Shown here: piece by piece, positions 44,490 to 55,893 of the stretch
Numbering within the stretch: position 1 is the first letter of the stretch
Layout: every line of letters begins with the position of its first letter
Sequence record: MT446412.1
Reading direction: 5' to 3' (one strand)
Origin: Escherichia virus TH41
Length of the DNA: 64,000 nt
Made by a program: the position numbers and the translations under genes
The notes under the pieces: generated by a model
The model's input: only the letters and a program-made list of their open reading frames with translations
What the model was told of the DNA's origin: nothing
Database searches by the model: none

Positions 44490-47400
44490 TTATAATAATG
44501 ATTTAATTAATGCTTTCAACTCAGCAATTTCAGATTTCAATTCCTTGATTTCGTCAGTATGCTCGTTGATAGTAGCAGTATTTAAACCGATAATACCGTT
44601 ATAGTTTAAACGAAGTAAGCCGGTCTCTTTATCTTCAGTCACAAGTTCAGGCAATACTTCTTGAACTTCCTGAGCAATTAAACCAGCAGACGGTTTAACT
44701 TCATCTGTGACAGAGTTTTTAAGCAGATAAGTATAACCGCCTAAGAGTTTAGATTTCTCTTGGGCATTTTCTATAAGCTTAATTTCTGACTTACAGCGAA
44801 TATCAGAACGGATATAAACGTCGTTAACATCGATGTTGTCACGAACATACATACCGGCGTTAACGTTTAGAAACTTATTTTGCTCGGTCGTAATACCGCC
44901 AGCTTCCCAGAAAAATACACTCTGCGCATTAGCATACGCGCCTAGACTACCATCACCTCTAGTAGCAAGACCTGTATCGTTATCGCCAATAGCAATAGAA
45001 GCATTTGGTAATGAACATGATGTACCAATGCCCATTCGAGACGCAGCATTCAAAGCATTAGGGGCGGTTAAGGTGCCGTCGGCGCCAAAAACGTATATCG
45101 CATTAGGATGGCTTGCATCGCCGCTTTCAGCAGAACCCACACGAATAACAGCAGAACCCCAGGTAGCCGCTCCACCTAATCGAATAATACCGAAGTCTGC
45201 TTTAGTAGAATATCCTTCAGTAGCTAGAGTGCTTTTTCCTTTGATAATTGGCATATAACTATCTTTAGGAACGGATTCACCAAAGTCAACGAAATAAGGA
45301 GCTTCTGTTTGCCATTGGTTTCCGTAACCATGACCTTGAGTATTAACCCATGCTCGACCGTTAACATACATGCGATAATAATTCATTTGCATTGCCAGAC
45401 CAGCACCAGAAAGGTCTACGTTGAATTCACCGTTATTGGTGATATACAGGCCACAGTTAGTAGCATAGCTGTAAAGGCCTATTCCATTATCGCTGCCACC
45501 TTTACCGACATACCAGTTGCCGGTACCATTTACATCAGAACGGATATGTGAACTATTACCTGTAGTTGTTCTTAATACTAAAGCATCACCAGGGGCTTCT
45601 ATTGTCAGCTTGCCTGTCATTGTATCGCCTTCTTTAGCAACACGAGTAGCAATGGCATCGCGAATATTAGTTACATCGCCTGCTGAAGTAAACGTTTTCC
45701 AAATATCGGACCAGATATTACCATTTCGGGCAATAGTAGCTTCACCACCACCAACCTGCACGTTATCGGGGAAGTTAACTGTACCATCGGCATTAAATCT
45801 TGAGGTATGACCTTCGGTCCCGTCTTCTTTAAGATGGTGTAAAACAAAAGTCCCGGAATTAATTTCAGTACCTAAAGACCAAACAGCTTTTCCTTGTAAG
45901 AATTTCTGCTTAACAATAGGATAATATTTACTTACTGCGGCATCATCAATTTCTTGGAAAATAGGAGCTGCTTGTGCATATTGAATATCGTAACCGCCTG
46001 CACCAGCCCCATGACCAACAAATTTAATATAGCCGTTTGCTGCGAACGTATTGTAACTTGATTGTAAATCTGGAATAGTAACTTTACCAGTATCTAAAGC
46101 CATACTAAATGGGCGAAGTGGACCGATATCACCGCCCTGTCCTTCACCAAACGCTGTAGGAATAATATGAAGACTTCCTTCTGAGCGACGGAAAATAGCA
46201 CCGTAATCGTCGTTCCAAATTCTAAGGGCATTAACAGCATTACCTGCAATTTCACCATGTGCGCTGATTGTACCATCAAATGTAGCATTTTTTACTACGG
46301 TCAGGTTTTCATTAACAATCTGGGAGCCATTTAGAACCGATTCGACTTTACCAGCAGTTGTTCGTTGAATATATTGCATCCAGCTAGTAGCATCAGATAT
46401 TTCCATTACGTTTTTGCGAGTACCGTCTACAGTGGTAAAAGTATCGCCCCAAACGCGTATATTCATATTATCGACAGAGCTTTGACCAGACGTATAGCTA
46501 CTAAACAGTAAGGTTGAAGCATTACTGCGGCCGTCGATATTAATTAAACCGCCAATCACATCGATATTACCCGGAGTAACCAACAAACCACCCGTGGTGT
46601 TAATGTTTGTAGTGCCTTTACCACGAAAATAGTGGTGATATGCTCCACCTTGATAATATCCTAAAAGAGTTTGTCCATCACCGAAGGCATTATTATCATG
46701 ATAAGTAACAACGGTACCAAGCGCATAGTTTTCTGTCGGCGGCGTAGTTAAATCGTTACCGTTTACAGAATAACCCATGACCATTTTTCTAAGGCTTACA
46801 GTTGATTCAGGGCTGTAAAGGAAAGTTCTCGTACCATTGTTTACTGCATAGAAATAACCATCTTGGTACCATTTTAACCCGGTGTCATTATCACCAAGAG
46901 CAATAGAACCCTTACCTAAGGCTGAATATGTCATAGGCCCTGATTCCATACCCACTGCAATCGAATGTCCAGCTTGAAAACCACCTGAATAAGCAAAAGA
47001 TAACATATAATCAGTAGGGGTTGAACCAGAATACCAACTGATACCGTTATTTTCACAAATTTCATGGAGCATTGCGGCGGCTGCATCAGTACGCACAACA
47101 CGTAAATTATTTTTATCTGTGTTAGAATTATTATTTGCTAATGAATAGATATCATAATCACCAGCTTTCTTACCATTTGTAATAACTTTATCAGTCAGAA
47201 TTTGTGGGGATGAAATAGATTTCCATGCTGATACTTCAGGTGAAGTAAATTGACCATTGCCTGAAAACGCGTAAGTGCTTTCGCTACCAGCGGCATAATC
47301 TTGCACTCGTATATTAACTACCTGAGTTGTCAAACCCGCATTGTTAGGAGAAAAGATAATACCGCGTTCGCGTGATGCACCATCAAAAAAACGAAGATGC

Positions 47401-47756
47401 GAAGTCGATGCACTCTTAGAAATAAGTTCACCACCTTCAGTCATTATCTGACCCGCGGCAATAATATCGCGAGCTACACGAGCAATGCCGGTTAAATTAA
47501 AATCACCAGTTTGGGTAAAAGTACCATTCAGGGTATAATCACCAGTTTGATTGTAATTACCGTTATGAATAACATTACCATCAATATTACCGCCTTTGGC
47601 AAAACCAAGGTCGATAATGGCGCCGGTGTCATCTTTAGTAAAAAGTAAGCGGTCTTTCAGGTTGATAGCCAGTTCACCTTCAGCAAGAACTGTTGGCGCC
47701 GGACGAACGCCGGCAACCTTACTTCTTTTAAATTGTATTTGTTTTAAAGTAGCCAT
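44490..47756 (-). CDS. 37: long tail fibre distal subunit gp37 with C-terminal intramolecular chaperone domain
   Basis: 1088 aa fibrous ORF between 36 and 38; last about 105 aa [14 protein letters not shown]...coiled coil resemble autoproteolytic chaperone modules. Confidence 0.85.
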   Translation of the reverse strand: MATLKQIQFKRSKVAGVRPAPTVLAEGELAINLKDRLLFTKDDTGAIIDLGFAKGGNIDGNVIHNGNYNQTGDYTLNGTFTQTGDFNLTGIARVARDIIAAGQIMTEGGELISKSASTSHLRFFDGASRERGIIFSPNNAGLTTQVVNIRVQDYAAGSESTYAFSGNGQFTSPEVSAWKSISSPQILTDKVITNGKKAGDYDIYSLANNNSNTDKNNLRVVRTDAAAAMLHEICENNGISWYSGSTPTDYMLSFAYSGGFQAGHSIAVGMESGPMTYSALGKGSIALGDNDTGLKWYQDGYFYAVNNGTRTFLYSPESTVSLRKMVMGYSVNGNDLTTPPTENYALGTVVTYHDNNAFGDGQTLLGYYQGGAYHHYFRGKGTTNINTTGGLLVTPGNIDVIGGLINIDGRSNASTLLFSSYTSGQSSVDNMNIRVWGDTFTTVDGTRKNVMEISDATSWMQYIQRTTAGKVESVLNGSQIVNENLTVVKNATFDGTISAHGEIAGNAVNALRIWNDDYGAIFRRSEGSLHIIPTAFGEGQGGDIGPLRPFSMALDTGKVTIPDLQSSYNTFAANGYIKFVGHGAGAGGYDIQYAQAAPIFQEIDDAAVSKYYPIVKQKFLQGKAVWSLGTEINSGTFVLHHLKEDGTEGHTSRFNADGTVNFPDNVQVGGGEATIARNGNIWSDIWKTFTSAGDVTNIRDAIATRVAKEGDTMTGKLTIEAPGDALVLRTTTGNSSHIRSDVNGTGNWYVGKGGSDNGIGLYSYATNCGLYITNNGEFNVDLSGAGLAMQMNYYRMYVNGRAWVNTQGHGYGNQWQTEAPYFVDFGESVPKDSYMPIIKGKSTLATEGYSTKADFGIIRLGGAATWGSAVIRVGSAESGDASHPNAIYVFGADGTLTAPNALNAASRMGIGTSCSLPNASIAIGDNDTGLATRGDGSLGAYANAQSVFFWEAGGITTEQNKFLNVNAGMYVRDNIDVNDVYIRSDIRCKSEIKLIENAQEKSKLLGGYTYLLKNSVTDEVKPSAGLIAQEVQEVLPELVTEDKETGLLRLNYNGIIGLNTATINEHTDEIKELKSEIAELKALIKSLL

Positions 47757-47764
47757 AATGCCTC

Positions 47765-48412
47765 TTAATAATATCCAAAATCTTGTACGGAGTCTTTAAG
47801 AACGATTTGGTCAAAACGAGGCACATGGGCCGGGTCTGATGCTGGGTTCCTAGAGAAGAAATTAGGTGCTGACAAGTTACCTGTCATTGTTTGCAATGTA
47901 CTATTATTTAGTTCTACCTGTTGCTGGTTAGTTACATTACCAAGACCAACTTGAGCTTTTGACGGAGTATTCCCTGGAGAAAATACACGACCTGTTTCAT
48001 CATAAATTTGTCGAGCTAACGTATCACCCATAACAGTAAGACGTTTTGCTCCTGTCGTAGTATCAGGGTCAAAAATAACAAATGGTGTTCCCGTTTCAGT
48101 CTCAAATCCGAATGGTCCTTTAATACGGAAAGATGCTGTAAATGGTGTTCCGCCTGTTCTTGCTCCTAACTTAATCCCGTAACCATTTGAATCGTTAAAT
48201 GTCAGACCCTGTTCGAAATACACATTTGCTTTATAATTACCACCCAGAGCTTTAGAAACAAAATCGTTATCGACTGCTTGTGGCTTGTTATATTCGGAAT
48301 AAATTTTATAAGTTTTGAAATATAAGTCATTACTGACTGGTGTTAATGGGAAATTACCCTGGTGCCAGAGGACCGAACCTCCGGCTGTTGAGCCTAGTTT
48401 TAAATCTGCCAT
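47765..48412 (-). CDS. 36: long tail fibre subunit gp36
   Basis: 215 aa; position between 35 and 37; late promoter upstream. Confidence 0.75.
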   Translation of the reverse strand: MADLKLGSTAGGSVLWHQGNFPLTPVSNDLYFKTYKIYSEYNKPQAVDNDFVSKALGGNYKANVYFEQGLTFNDSNGYGIKLGARTGGTPFTASFRIKGPFGFETETGTPFVIFDPDTTTGAKRLTVMGDTLARQIYDETGRVFSPGNTPSKAQVGLGNVTNQQQVELNNSTLQTMTGNLSAPNFFSRNPASDPAHVPRFDQIVLKDSVQDFGYY

Positions 48413-48447
48413 TTATAAGTCCTCTTCAACCGGCATATGATATTTTG

Positions 48448-48455
48448 TATTTATA
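48448..48455 (-). promoter_or_regulatory. late promoter TATAAATA for gene 36
   Basis: TATTTATA on + strand about 36 nt upstream of the gp36 start. Confidence 0.45.
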
Positions 48456-48458
48456 ACG

Positions 48459-48480
48459 AAAAAAGGACTCCGAAGAGTCC
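48459..48480 (-). terminator. intrinsic terminator after gene 35
   Basis: On - strand GGACTC-TTCG-GAGTCC followed by TTTTTT; overlaps the gp35 stop. Confidence 0.6.
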
Positions 48481-49610
48481 TATTGTTTTTCTCGTAGTTC
48501 GGCTGCGTATATCTTGCCGGCTCTTGGAGCTTGCGCATCCGGGAATGTTACAATTGTATTGCCTGTATTTGTTGCATCGTTTGCATATGACATCCTTATG
48601 CCGTTGACACCAAATTCAGCCGGTTTGAACGCAGAGTCACCTCTGGTTATCTCACCAATAACAATATTGCGTATTGACCCAGTTCCGGTAGCTACAGTTC
48701 TTGATGTTACTACTGTAAAGCCATCAGCTCCTGGCGGAATCTCGACATATCTTTCGAAACTCGCCCAAGCCCCGGCAGGAATGTTTGCTGCGATATCGAT
48801 GTTTGTATTTGATATCGGCGAAGTGCTGGGGCTTTTAAAGAATCGAACCGAAGTCCTTACGGTCCCCGCAGCTTTCAGTGCAGCGTCAAATGACATCTGA
48901 AACTTCAAGTAAAGCACATCCAAAGGTAAAAGGTTATAGGTGTCCATAGGAGTCACCAGGTCCTCTGTGGGGAACCTTTTAATTGTGGTTGATGTTCCAT
49001 CACCTGTTGATGAATACGTGCTCTCGTCTTCCGTTATGCGTACAGGATAGCCTGTTGCTCCTATATCACTAAAGGTATCATAAATGACTTCAAGCGGAGT
49101 CGAAACATCCTCAACTAACTTCCCGTCATTATACTTAACATGCTCCGAAACAATTACATTCCGGCCGGTTATGTAAAAAGCCGAGTACGATGTATCAACT
49201 TTATCAATCAGCCATTTATCTGGGAATGCTCTTGAACCACATTTACGGAACCAATCAATTAATGGCTGTGATGCGTTTAGTTTCCCTGAAGAAATAAAAG
49301 CAATCAATCTTCCGGCTGGAACAGATTCCACAAAGGTGATTAATGCCTGACTGATTGCATCATGTGTGCTAGTTAATGAATAGTTTTTCGTGTTAACAAT
49401 TTTATTCGTAGTTGTATCAATTTCCAATAGAGTCAGACCATTACCAAAAGTAGTTGGTCCAATTCGTTCATCCTGAAATTTGATATACGATTTCACCGTG
49501 GAAAGAGTACAGCTCCCTGCTATACTCATTTTAAATTTAACGGCATTATTTTCTGATATAACTGGCGTTTGGACGTATCCTTGTCCAAACTCTGCCATAA
49601 ATTTTTCCAT
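48480..49610 (-). CDS. 35: long tail fibre hinge subunit gp35
   Basis: 376 aa; position and size as T4 gp35. Confidence 0.7.
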   Translation of the reverse strand: MEKFMAEFGQGYVQTPVISENNAVKFKMSIAGSCTLSTVKSYIKFQDERIGPTTFGNGLTLLEIDTTTNKIVNTKNYSLTSTHDAISQALITFVESVPAGRLIAFISSGKLNASQPLIDWFRKCGSRAFPDKWLIDKVDTSYSAFYITGRNVIVSEHVKYNDGKLVEDVSTPLEVIYDTFSDIGATGYPVRITEDESTYSSTGDGTSTTIKRFPTEDLVTPMDTYNLLPLDVLYLKFQMSFDAALKAAGTVRTSVRFFKSPSTSPISNTNIDIAANIPAGAWASFERYVEIPPGADGFTVVTSRTVATGTGSIRNIVIGEITRGDSAFKPAEFGVNGIRMSYANDATNTGNTIVTFPDAQAPRAGKIYAAELREKQ

Positions 49611-49618
49611 ATTACCTC

Positions 49619-52600
49619 TTATTCAATCCATTCAAACTTAACGGATTTAGTGGTCGGGTCTGGGATGATACGCACGTTACCGATACGCAACCAATCAAGA
49701 ATGGTTAAGTTCCCCATCGTTGTGTTGTCAGCCGGTAATGCGCCAACATCCTCTGCAGACGGAGGGTTATCCGCGGTATAAACCATTGCGAAAGTCGTCC
49801 ATGCTGATTTATTTTTCTGCCATGTACGAGTATAACGAATAGTACCACCGTTCAATCCAGTTGGATAACAAACCCAATCTTGATAGCACGAATCCAGCGT
49901 ATTACCAAACTGAGTCAATGTACCAGGATATTTAATTTGTTTATCACGAACTGAATAGTCAAACCAGGTTCCGCGCAGTTTCTGTCCGGAGCTACCTAAT
50001 ACTTCATCACCGAGTGTACCATCATCAGTACGATAACGAATAGCGGGCGAGGCAAAAGTTCCGTTTTCAGTTAACCAACCAGAAGCATTCCAAACTTCAT
50101 CAGTTACCCCAGCAGGTTTAGTTTGAACCGTATCAATGTTTACTTGACGTTTTAACTTCATTGTCCAATAACCAGGGAACTGGCTATAAGTCGGTTCATC
50201 ATTGATATCGACAGACCAGAAACCAACAGTATCCGCAGTCGGAGCTTGTGCGATAAGACTTGGTTTCGTACCGAATACACGGACCGGAGCATTCACACGG
50301 AGCACACCAGACATTGTATCACCGGCTTGGTTAACAAAGTTTCTATCTACAATCTCAACAGCGTTTTTCTCGGTCAGGACTTTAAATGCGCCGCCACCAT
50401 TTGCTATGATATTGCCAGCATCAAGAGTTTTAAGCACTAAATTCTGCGAGTTATCACCCAGAGCCAGAGTTGCACCAGAAGCTTCACCCGTTGTGGTTGC
50501 GATAGTACGACCATTTAGAACGTAATTATTTTTGGCTTGAACATCATTTCCGGCGCTAAGGTTGTTCAATACAGCAGCATTACCCGAGGCGGTGTTTAAT
50601 GTCAATACGTTAGTCGTATCGCCAATAGTCATTGTCGTTCCGGTGGAAGGAGCGGTGATTTTCCACTTGTTAGTTCCGTTAACAACATTCACAGTTCCGA
50701 ACGTCGAAGTGCCAGCCGTTACATCAGTAAACACTGCAGTGCTCGTCGATACAACCGGAGCAGATATATTTGTCTGTTTAGTAAGAGTTAACACACCTTC
50801 AACAGTCTGAGCAATATCACGACGAATAAACTGGGTCGAATCAAGGTTATCCAGTTTTTCAGCATTAACAGCCATCGCATTTATCGGTAAGAAGTTTTGC
50901 AATACGCGGTTTAATTCGTAAGGCGAAACTGCATAACCAGATTTTGAATAGCTAACCAGTTTACTTGGGTCCGGAGTATACACACCATTTGCATATGTAA
51001 ATCCTGCACCAGTCGTTGTAGTTGCGGCCGAAGTAGCTGTACCAGAAGATAAACGAACAAATCCACGTAGGGTTTCAGATGCTTCCCAGGTTGTTTCCGT
51101 TTGGGCAATATATTTCAGCGCCGACGGACTGATGGCCAAGACTTTTGATGTGCCTGCTGTTGCTTCTGCGTTTGTCGCGATGCGAACAATACCTTCGGCA
51201 TTTTCAGTGGCTTTTTTCGACATCAATTTAAGCGGAGTAACGATTGTTTTATCGTCAGTGCCGGTATTGACTTCACCCTGAGTTGCTAATCTTGCCGTAC
51301 CACGTTGAGTCTCATTTGCTTCAAGAATATTCAGGCTATAATGGTCCCAGAGCGTCCCTGTTTCTACTAAACCACTTAATGCATTAACAGAAGTGCGAGC
51401 AGTATTATTAAATCTAGTTTTAATTTTTAATGGAGTTGAGATACGAGTATCATCAGTTCCAGTATCAAATTCTGATTGCGTAGCAATCTCGGCTATGCCG
51501 GTTAACGTTTCTGATGCTTTACGGTCATTTAACGTTTTAGGAGTCACAGCTCTGGTATAATCAGTTCCTGCATCTGTTTCCACCTGAGTAGCAATCTCGA
51601 TTAAACCGATACGGGAATCAAGAGCAGTTTTGCGATGCAACATTTCTGGAGTAACGACTGCGTTTGCCCATCCAGATTGAGAAGTACCAGCAATTACTTC
51701 ACTTTCAACCGCAAGAATAACCGCACCTTGTTGGGTGTAAGTAGCTTTATACTGGTCAAGAGCTTTCGGAGAAACAACCAGATTAACCGTATTTTTATTA
51801 TAAACGTTTGTACCATTTAATTCACGCGAAGCAGCAGGAGTTGTACCGGTTGTTGAAACGTAAGTTACAATACCAGATAGCGATTCTGAGCCCTGGCGCG
51901 CTTGCAGTTTCTTCGGAGTGATAATTGTGGTATCATCTACACCTGCATCAGTTTCTTGCTGTGTGGCGAGTTCTGCGAGCCCACGTCTCGTTTCTGTTGC
52001 CGTACGTTCATTGAGTTTTTTCGGAGAAATAATTACATCATCAACAAATGCAAAATCACTGTTCTGATTTACTTGAGCAGTCGTTGCGATTCTGGCAATA
52101 CCTCGTTGGTTCTCTTTAGCAACACGGTTGGCCAAAGTCTGAGGGGTAATTGCAAGTTCTTTCTCTGGGTTATTTTCATGGTCAACGTTTGCCTGAGTCT
52201 GGTTTGCCAGAGCAATAACACCAAGACGTGCGCGCGTGGAATCATTTAATGAGTCAACTCGTTCAACAGTCGGAACGTTTTGAGCAACAACCCAATAACT
52301 TGTTCCAGACACTGTATCTTCTGCATATGATAATTCAATAACCGGAGTATAACTGATGTTGCCATTAAAGGTCAATGAATCAACCAACACCCAAGTTGTA
52401 TCCGGTGGATACTCGGAACGTTTAGGGAATTGTAGCAATTTAATGTCAGATGCAATCTTATCGCCAACAGCAGCTCTTATATTAACAGTCTGCGATTTAC
52501 GGAGATAGTTCAATGCAATTTTAACAATATCACCTTGTAAAACATTAGTTGGTAAATCGATATTAATCGTTGCTGGAGTTGAGTTATCTTCACCAAATAC

Positions 52601-53575
52601 AATGATACTTTCGTTTGGTAAAAGTTTAACGCTGTCACGAATAACGCGCAGACGAGTTTTAAAATCGCCATCCCAAACATACCAGAGTTTTTCGGCAGCA
52701 TTATAAACGAAGAAACCATCACCTGTAGTACGGAATTCCATTTGATGCTGACCAGCTTTACCAAGACTAGAACTGGTGTCAAAGGTTTCAACCATCAGGT
52801 GGAACGTTGGTCCCATGCCATCGATATCAACAGATTTGACAATATCACCCTGGTTTGCATACTTAGGAAGAATGAAAGTAATCGGTGCACCAGTTGTATA
52901 ACGACGCATAATAAAGTCGCCAGCTTGTGCATGGAAACGACCTGTCGATGGTTCTACTCTGATGCCACGTTCTTCGTTGCCAGCTTCCCAAAATTGCCAT
53001 AAGCGGTTTGAAAAGATAAGCATGTTATAAGAGAATGGTTTGGTAATTAAAATTTCCGGATACTGATTACCAAAGCGAACAATCTTTTGGTTACCTGCCC
53101 CTGGTACGTTGCTTGACTGGATTTTAATTTCATTGTAACCAACATTCCCACCGATATCTTTAATAACGATGGTATCACCATCAACCGGGTTTGGAGGCAA
53201 TGTAAATGTGGTAAAGCTTGCAGCAGAGTCGACGGCGATAAATTCGCCCGAGTTAAGCTGACGAGTTGGAGATGCAACAGTTTCCCATTTAGGGTCAGTA
53301 CGAGTTGCTAACCAATACTGAGGGGTAAATTCTCCGGCAGGAGCCGCGATATCACGTTGAGCAACCCAAATACGGTTATCGTTAATAACTACAAAGTTCT
53401 TTTTGTATCCGCGTGTTGCATCATATTGTTGAACTGTGTTTTCTTCTATAAAGAAATCTACGTTAACGCCGTCTGATAAAACTGAGTAATCAGCTTTTGC
53501 GACATTAATGACTTTCTCACCAGCAGCGTCGAGACCGGATGTTGCTCTGAATGCTGGTTTTAAAATATCGGCCAT
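49619..53575 (-). CDS. 34: long tail fibre proximal subunit gp34
   Basis: 1318 aa repetitive fibrous protein; first gene of the fibre operon. Confidence 0.85.
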   Translation of the reverse strand: MADILKPAFRATSGLDAAGEKVINVAKADYSVLSDGVNVDFFIEENTVQQYDATRGYKKNFVVINDNRIWVAQRDIAAPAGEFTPQYWLATRTDPKWETVASPTRQLNSGEFIAVDSAASFTTFTLPPNPVDGDTIVIKDIGGNVGYNEIKIQSSNVPGAGNQKIVRFGNQYPEILITKPFSYNMLIFSNRLWQFWEAGNEERGIRVEPSTGRFHAQAGDFIMRRYTTGAPITFILPKYANQGDIVKSVDIDGMGPTFHLMVETFDTSSSLGKAGQHQMEFRTTGDGFFVYNAAEKLWYVWDGDFKTRLRVIRDSVKLLPNESIIVFGEDNSTPATINIDLPTNVLQGDIVKIALNYLRKSQTVNIRAAVGDKIASDIKLLQFPKRSEYPPDTTWVLVDSLTFNGNISYTPVIELSYAEDTVSGTSYWVVAQNVPTVERVDSLNDSTRARLGVIALANQTQANVDHENNPEKELAITPQTLANRVAKENQRGIARIATTAQVNQNSDFAFVDDVIISPKKLNERTATETRRGLAELATQQETDAGVDDTTIITPKKLQARQGSESLSGIVTYVSTTGTTPAASRELNGTNVYNKNTVNLVVSPKALDQYKATYTQQGAVILAVESEVIAGTSQSGWANAVVTPEMLHRKTALDSRIGLIEIATQVETDAGTDYTRAVTPKTLNDRKASETLTGIAEIATQSEFDTGTDDTRISTPLKIKTRFNNTARTSVNALSGLVETGTLWDHYSLNILEANETQRGTARLATQGEVNTGTDDKTIVTPLKLMSKKATENAEGIVRIATNAEATAGTSKVLAISPSALKYIAQTETTWEASETLRGFVRLSSGTATSAATTTTGAGFTYANGVYTPDPSKLVSYSKSGYAVSPYELNRVLQNFLPINAMAVNAEKLDNLDSTQFIRRDIAQTVEGVLTLTKQTNISAPVVSTSTAVFTDVTAGTSTFGTVNVVNGTNKWKITAPSTGTTMTIGDTTNVLTLNTASGNAAVLNNLSAGNDVQAKNNYVLNGRTIATTTGEASGATLALGDNSQNLVLKTLDAGNIIANGGGAFKVLTEKNAVEIVDRNFVNQAGDTMSGVLRVNAPVRVFGTKPSLIAQAPTADTVGFWSVDINDEPTYSQFPGYWTMKLKRQVNIDTVQTKPAGVTDEVWNASGWLTENGTFASPAIRYRTDDGTLGDEVLGSSGQKLRGTWFDYSVRDKQIKYPGTLTQFGNTLDSCYQDWVCYPTGLNGGTIRYTRTWQKNKSAWTTFAMVYTADNPPSAEDVGALPADNTTMGNLTILDWLRIGNVRIIPDPTTKSVKFEWIE

Positions 53576-53606
53576 GTGCTTTATCCTTATTGATTTGGTA
53601 TATGTG

Positions 53607-53614
53607 TATTTATA
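53607..53614 (-). promoter_or_regulatory. late promoter TATAAATA for gene 34
   Basis: TATTTATA on + strand about 32 nt upstream of the gp34 start. Confidence 0.5.
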
Positions 53615-53641
53615 TTGCTTTAAAAATTTTATGCTAATATA
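53614..53641 (+). promoter_or_regulatory. candidate MotA-dependent middle promoter for rnh
   Basis: atTGCTTtA, 13-nt spacer, TAATAT; divergent from the gene 34 late promoter. Confidence 0.4.
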
Positions 53642-53671
53642 ATCGAGTCAACTAATTGAACAGAGGTTCAT

Positions 53672-54616
53672 ATGAATTTAGATTTTTTACTCCCTGAAGA
53701 AGACCGTCAAAAAGATGGTTTTCAGTTACTCGATTTTAGTCAGCTCATCATGGCTGCAGCCTTCCAGGAATTCGGCAAAGACGCAGGCTTTCCGAAGGTA
53801 ACAACTGCAATGACCAGGCACCTGGTTCTGAACTCTATCCGAAAAAATATTGTGCAGTTCAAGAAGCTCGGTTATAAGATTCCGATTATTTGTGTTGATA
53901 ACTCTAAGAATGGCTATTGGCGTCGGACTAAATCTTATTATTATAAGAAAAACCGTGCGAAAGCTCGTGAAGAGTCTCAATTCGATTGGGAAGGTCTACA
54001 TGCGGCCATGCACATCATCATCGATGAAATGGAAAAACATATGCCTTACATCGTGATGAATATGGATAAAGTCGAGGCTGATGACCATATTGCAGTATTA
54101 ACGAAGTTGCTAACTGGACTCGGACATCCGGTTATGATTGTTTCTTCGGATGGTGACTTTACACAGTTGCATAAATTCCCTGGGGTGAAACAATGGTCCC
54201 CGATGCAGAAAAAATATGTCAAAACTAAATCAGGCGATGCCCTTATGGATTGCGTGACAAAGGTTGTTAAAGGTGACAAAAAAGATAACGTGTCGAGCAT
54301 CAAAGTTCGTGGTGATTTTTATTACACTCACGAAGAAGGTGAACGCACTCCACCGACCCGTGCAGCCGAGCTTGAACAAATTGCGCTCAACTATTACGAC
54401 CATGACGTGCTGAAAACGCTTTTAACAGAAGAGCAATATAATAGATTCTGTGAAAACCAATTGTTGATTGATATGGACTTTATCCCAACGGAAATATCCG
54501 CTTCAATCTTAGAACGATATAATAACTACGTTATCCCAGCCAAAAGTAAAGTTTATCCTTACTTTGTTAAGTCTGGTCTGTCTAAACTAACTGCAAACAT
54601 TGCTGAATTTTATTAA
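53672..54616 (+). CDS. rnh: RNase H (5'-3' exonuclease / flap endonuclease)
   Basis: 314 aa; conserved acidic blocks (IICVDNSKNGYWRR, SSDGDFTQLH) as T4 RNase H. Confidence 0.85.
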   Translation: MNLDFLLPEEDRQKDGFQLLDFSQLIMAAAFQEFGKDAGFPKVTTAMTRHLVLNSIRKNIVQFKKLGYKIPIICVDNSKNGYWRRTKSYYYKKNRAKAREESQFDWEGLHAAMHIIIDEMEKHMPYIVMNMDKVEADDHIAVLTKLLTGLGHPVMIVSSDGDFTQLHKFPGVKQWSPMQKKYVKTKSGDALMDCVTKVVKGDKKDNVSSIKVRGDFYYTHEEGERTPPTRAAELEQIALNYYDHDVLKTLLTEEQYNRFCENQLLIDMDFIPTEISASILERYNNYVIPAKSKVYPYFVKSGLSKLTANIAEFY

Positions 54617-54624
54617 GGTATATT

Positions 54625-54894
54625 ATGAAAGAGAAAAAAGTGAAAGTTGAATTTTGTCCTGATACTCATGGTGCTGAACTGGCCAAGCTGATTAAAGCTG
54701 CTTCCGATACCAAATTAAAAATGGAAGCATATGCAGACGAAATTAAAGACCTTAAAGACAAGGCAAAAACTGAATTAGGTGTTGACGGTAAGATGTTCAA
54801 TACACAGCTCGGCCTGTATCATAAAGGCACTCGTGAGCGTTTTGAAGATGAAAAAACCGAAGCTGTGGAGCTCTATGATGTCCTCTTTAGTTAA
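54625..54894 (+). CDS. dsbA: DsbA-like dsDNA-binding late-transcription protein
   Basis: 89 aa as in T4 DsbA; position between rnh and 33. Confidence 0.6.
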   Translation: MKEKKVKVEFCPDTHGAELAKLIKAASDTKLKMEAYADEIKDLKDKAKTELGVDGKMFNTQLGLYHKGTRERFEDEKTEAVELYDVLFS

Positions 54895-55168
54895 TTTTGA
54901 TACACAGAAAACTGAATCGCCTTCCGGGGCGATTAGTAAGCAGCAAAACGGGCTTGATATTGAAGCCATGGTCGAGACAACTGAAATGTCTTATCTGGAA
55001 GCTGCGACTGCCTGGTTGGAAGAACGTGGAATTCCTGAAGGCAATTTTGCGCGATATATCCCTGCGGGAATCGTCGATAAGATTATGAATGAAGCATATG
55101 ATGATAACTTGCTTCGTCCGAGTATGTCTCGTACACAGAAAACTAATACGCTGGACTTTTTGTTATGA
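54875..55168 (+). CDS. 33: late transcription co-activator gp33
   Basis: ORF 54779..55168 with ATG at 54875 overlapping dsbA end; C-terminal TLDFLL tail; position before 59. Confidence 0.5.
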   Translation: MMSSLVNFDTQKTESPSGAISKQQNGLDIEAMVETTEMSYLEAATAWLEERGIPEGNFARYIPAGIVDKIMNEAYDDNLLRPSMSRTQKTNTLDFLL

Positions 55169-55833
55169 TTACGATTCGCATGCCTCCAAATAACAACCGA
55201 TATATAAATGGTAAATCAGTATACCAACTGTACTTATCCATCAAACAGCATTTTTCGGGTCGTTATGATATTATCAAATATAACTGGACCATGCGAATCT
55301 CCGATAGTGCTTATCAAAAACGTCGCGATAAGTATTTTTTCGAAAAGCTTAGCGATAAGTACACTCTCAAAGAATTAACGTTAATATTCATGTCAAACCT
55401 GGTTGCGAACCAGGATGCATGGATAGGCGATATAAGTGATGCCGATGCTCTGATATTTTATAGAGAATACATTGGTAGACTTAAAAGAATTAGACAAGTA
55501 TACGAAGATGATATAAAGAACATCTATTACTTCAGTAAGAAAGTCGAAGTCAAATCGCTCCAAGAGATTTTCGAGTATAATACTAAAGTGAACACAAGTT
55601 ATATTTTCAAACTTCTCCAATCGAATGTTATCTCATTTGAAACGTTTTGTTTGCTTGATTCATTTTTAGGTATTATAAATAAACATGATGAACAGACTAA
55701 CGACTTGGTTTGGGAAAAGTATTCAACCAAACTAAATGCCTATAAGAAAATCTTAAATATAGATTCTCTTGAAGCTCGTAAATTGTTCATCGAGACCGTT
55801 AAAAACTGTCAAATAACGCTTCAATCACTTTGA
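55165..55833 (+). CDS. 59: helicase loader gp59
   Basis: 222 aa; YNWTMRISDSAYQKRRDKYFFEKLSDKY...LVANQDAWIGDISDADA matches T4 gp59. Confidence 0.9.
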   Translation: MITIRMPPNNNRYINGKSVYQLYLSIKQHFSGRYDIIKYNWTMRISDSAYQKRRDKYFFEKLSDKYTLKELTLIFMSNLVANQDAWIGDISDADALIFYREYIGRLKRIRQVYEDDIKNIYYFSKKVEVKSLQEIFEYNTKVNTSYIFKLLQSNVISFETFCLLDSFLGIINKHDEQTNDLVWEKYSTKLNAYKKILNIDSLEARKLFIETVKNCQITLQSL

Positions 55834-55893
55834 AGTATAATTAATACGTAATCAAAACAACTGCTAAAAATCAAATAATCTAAGGAAAATCAT

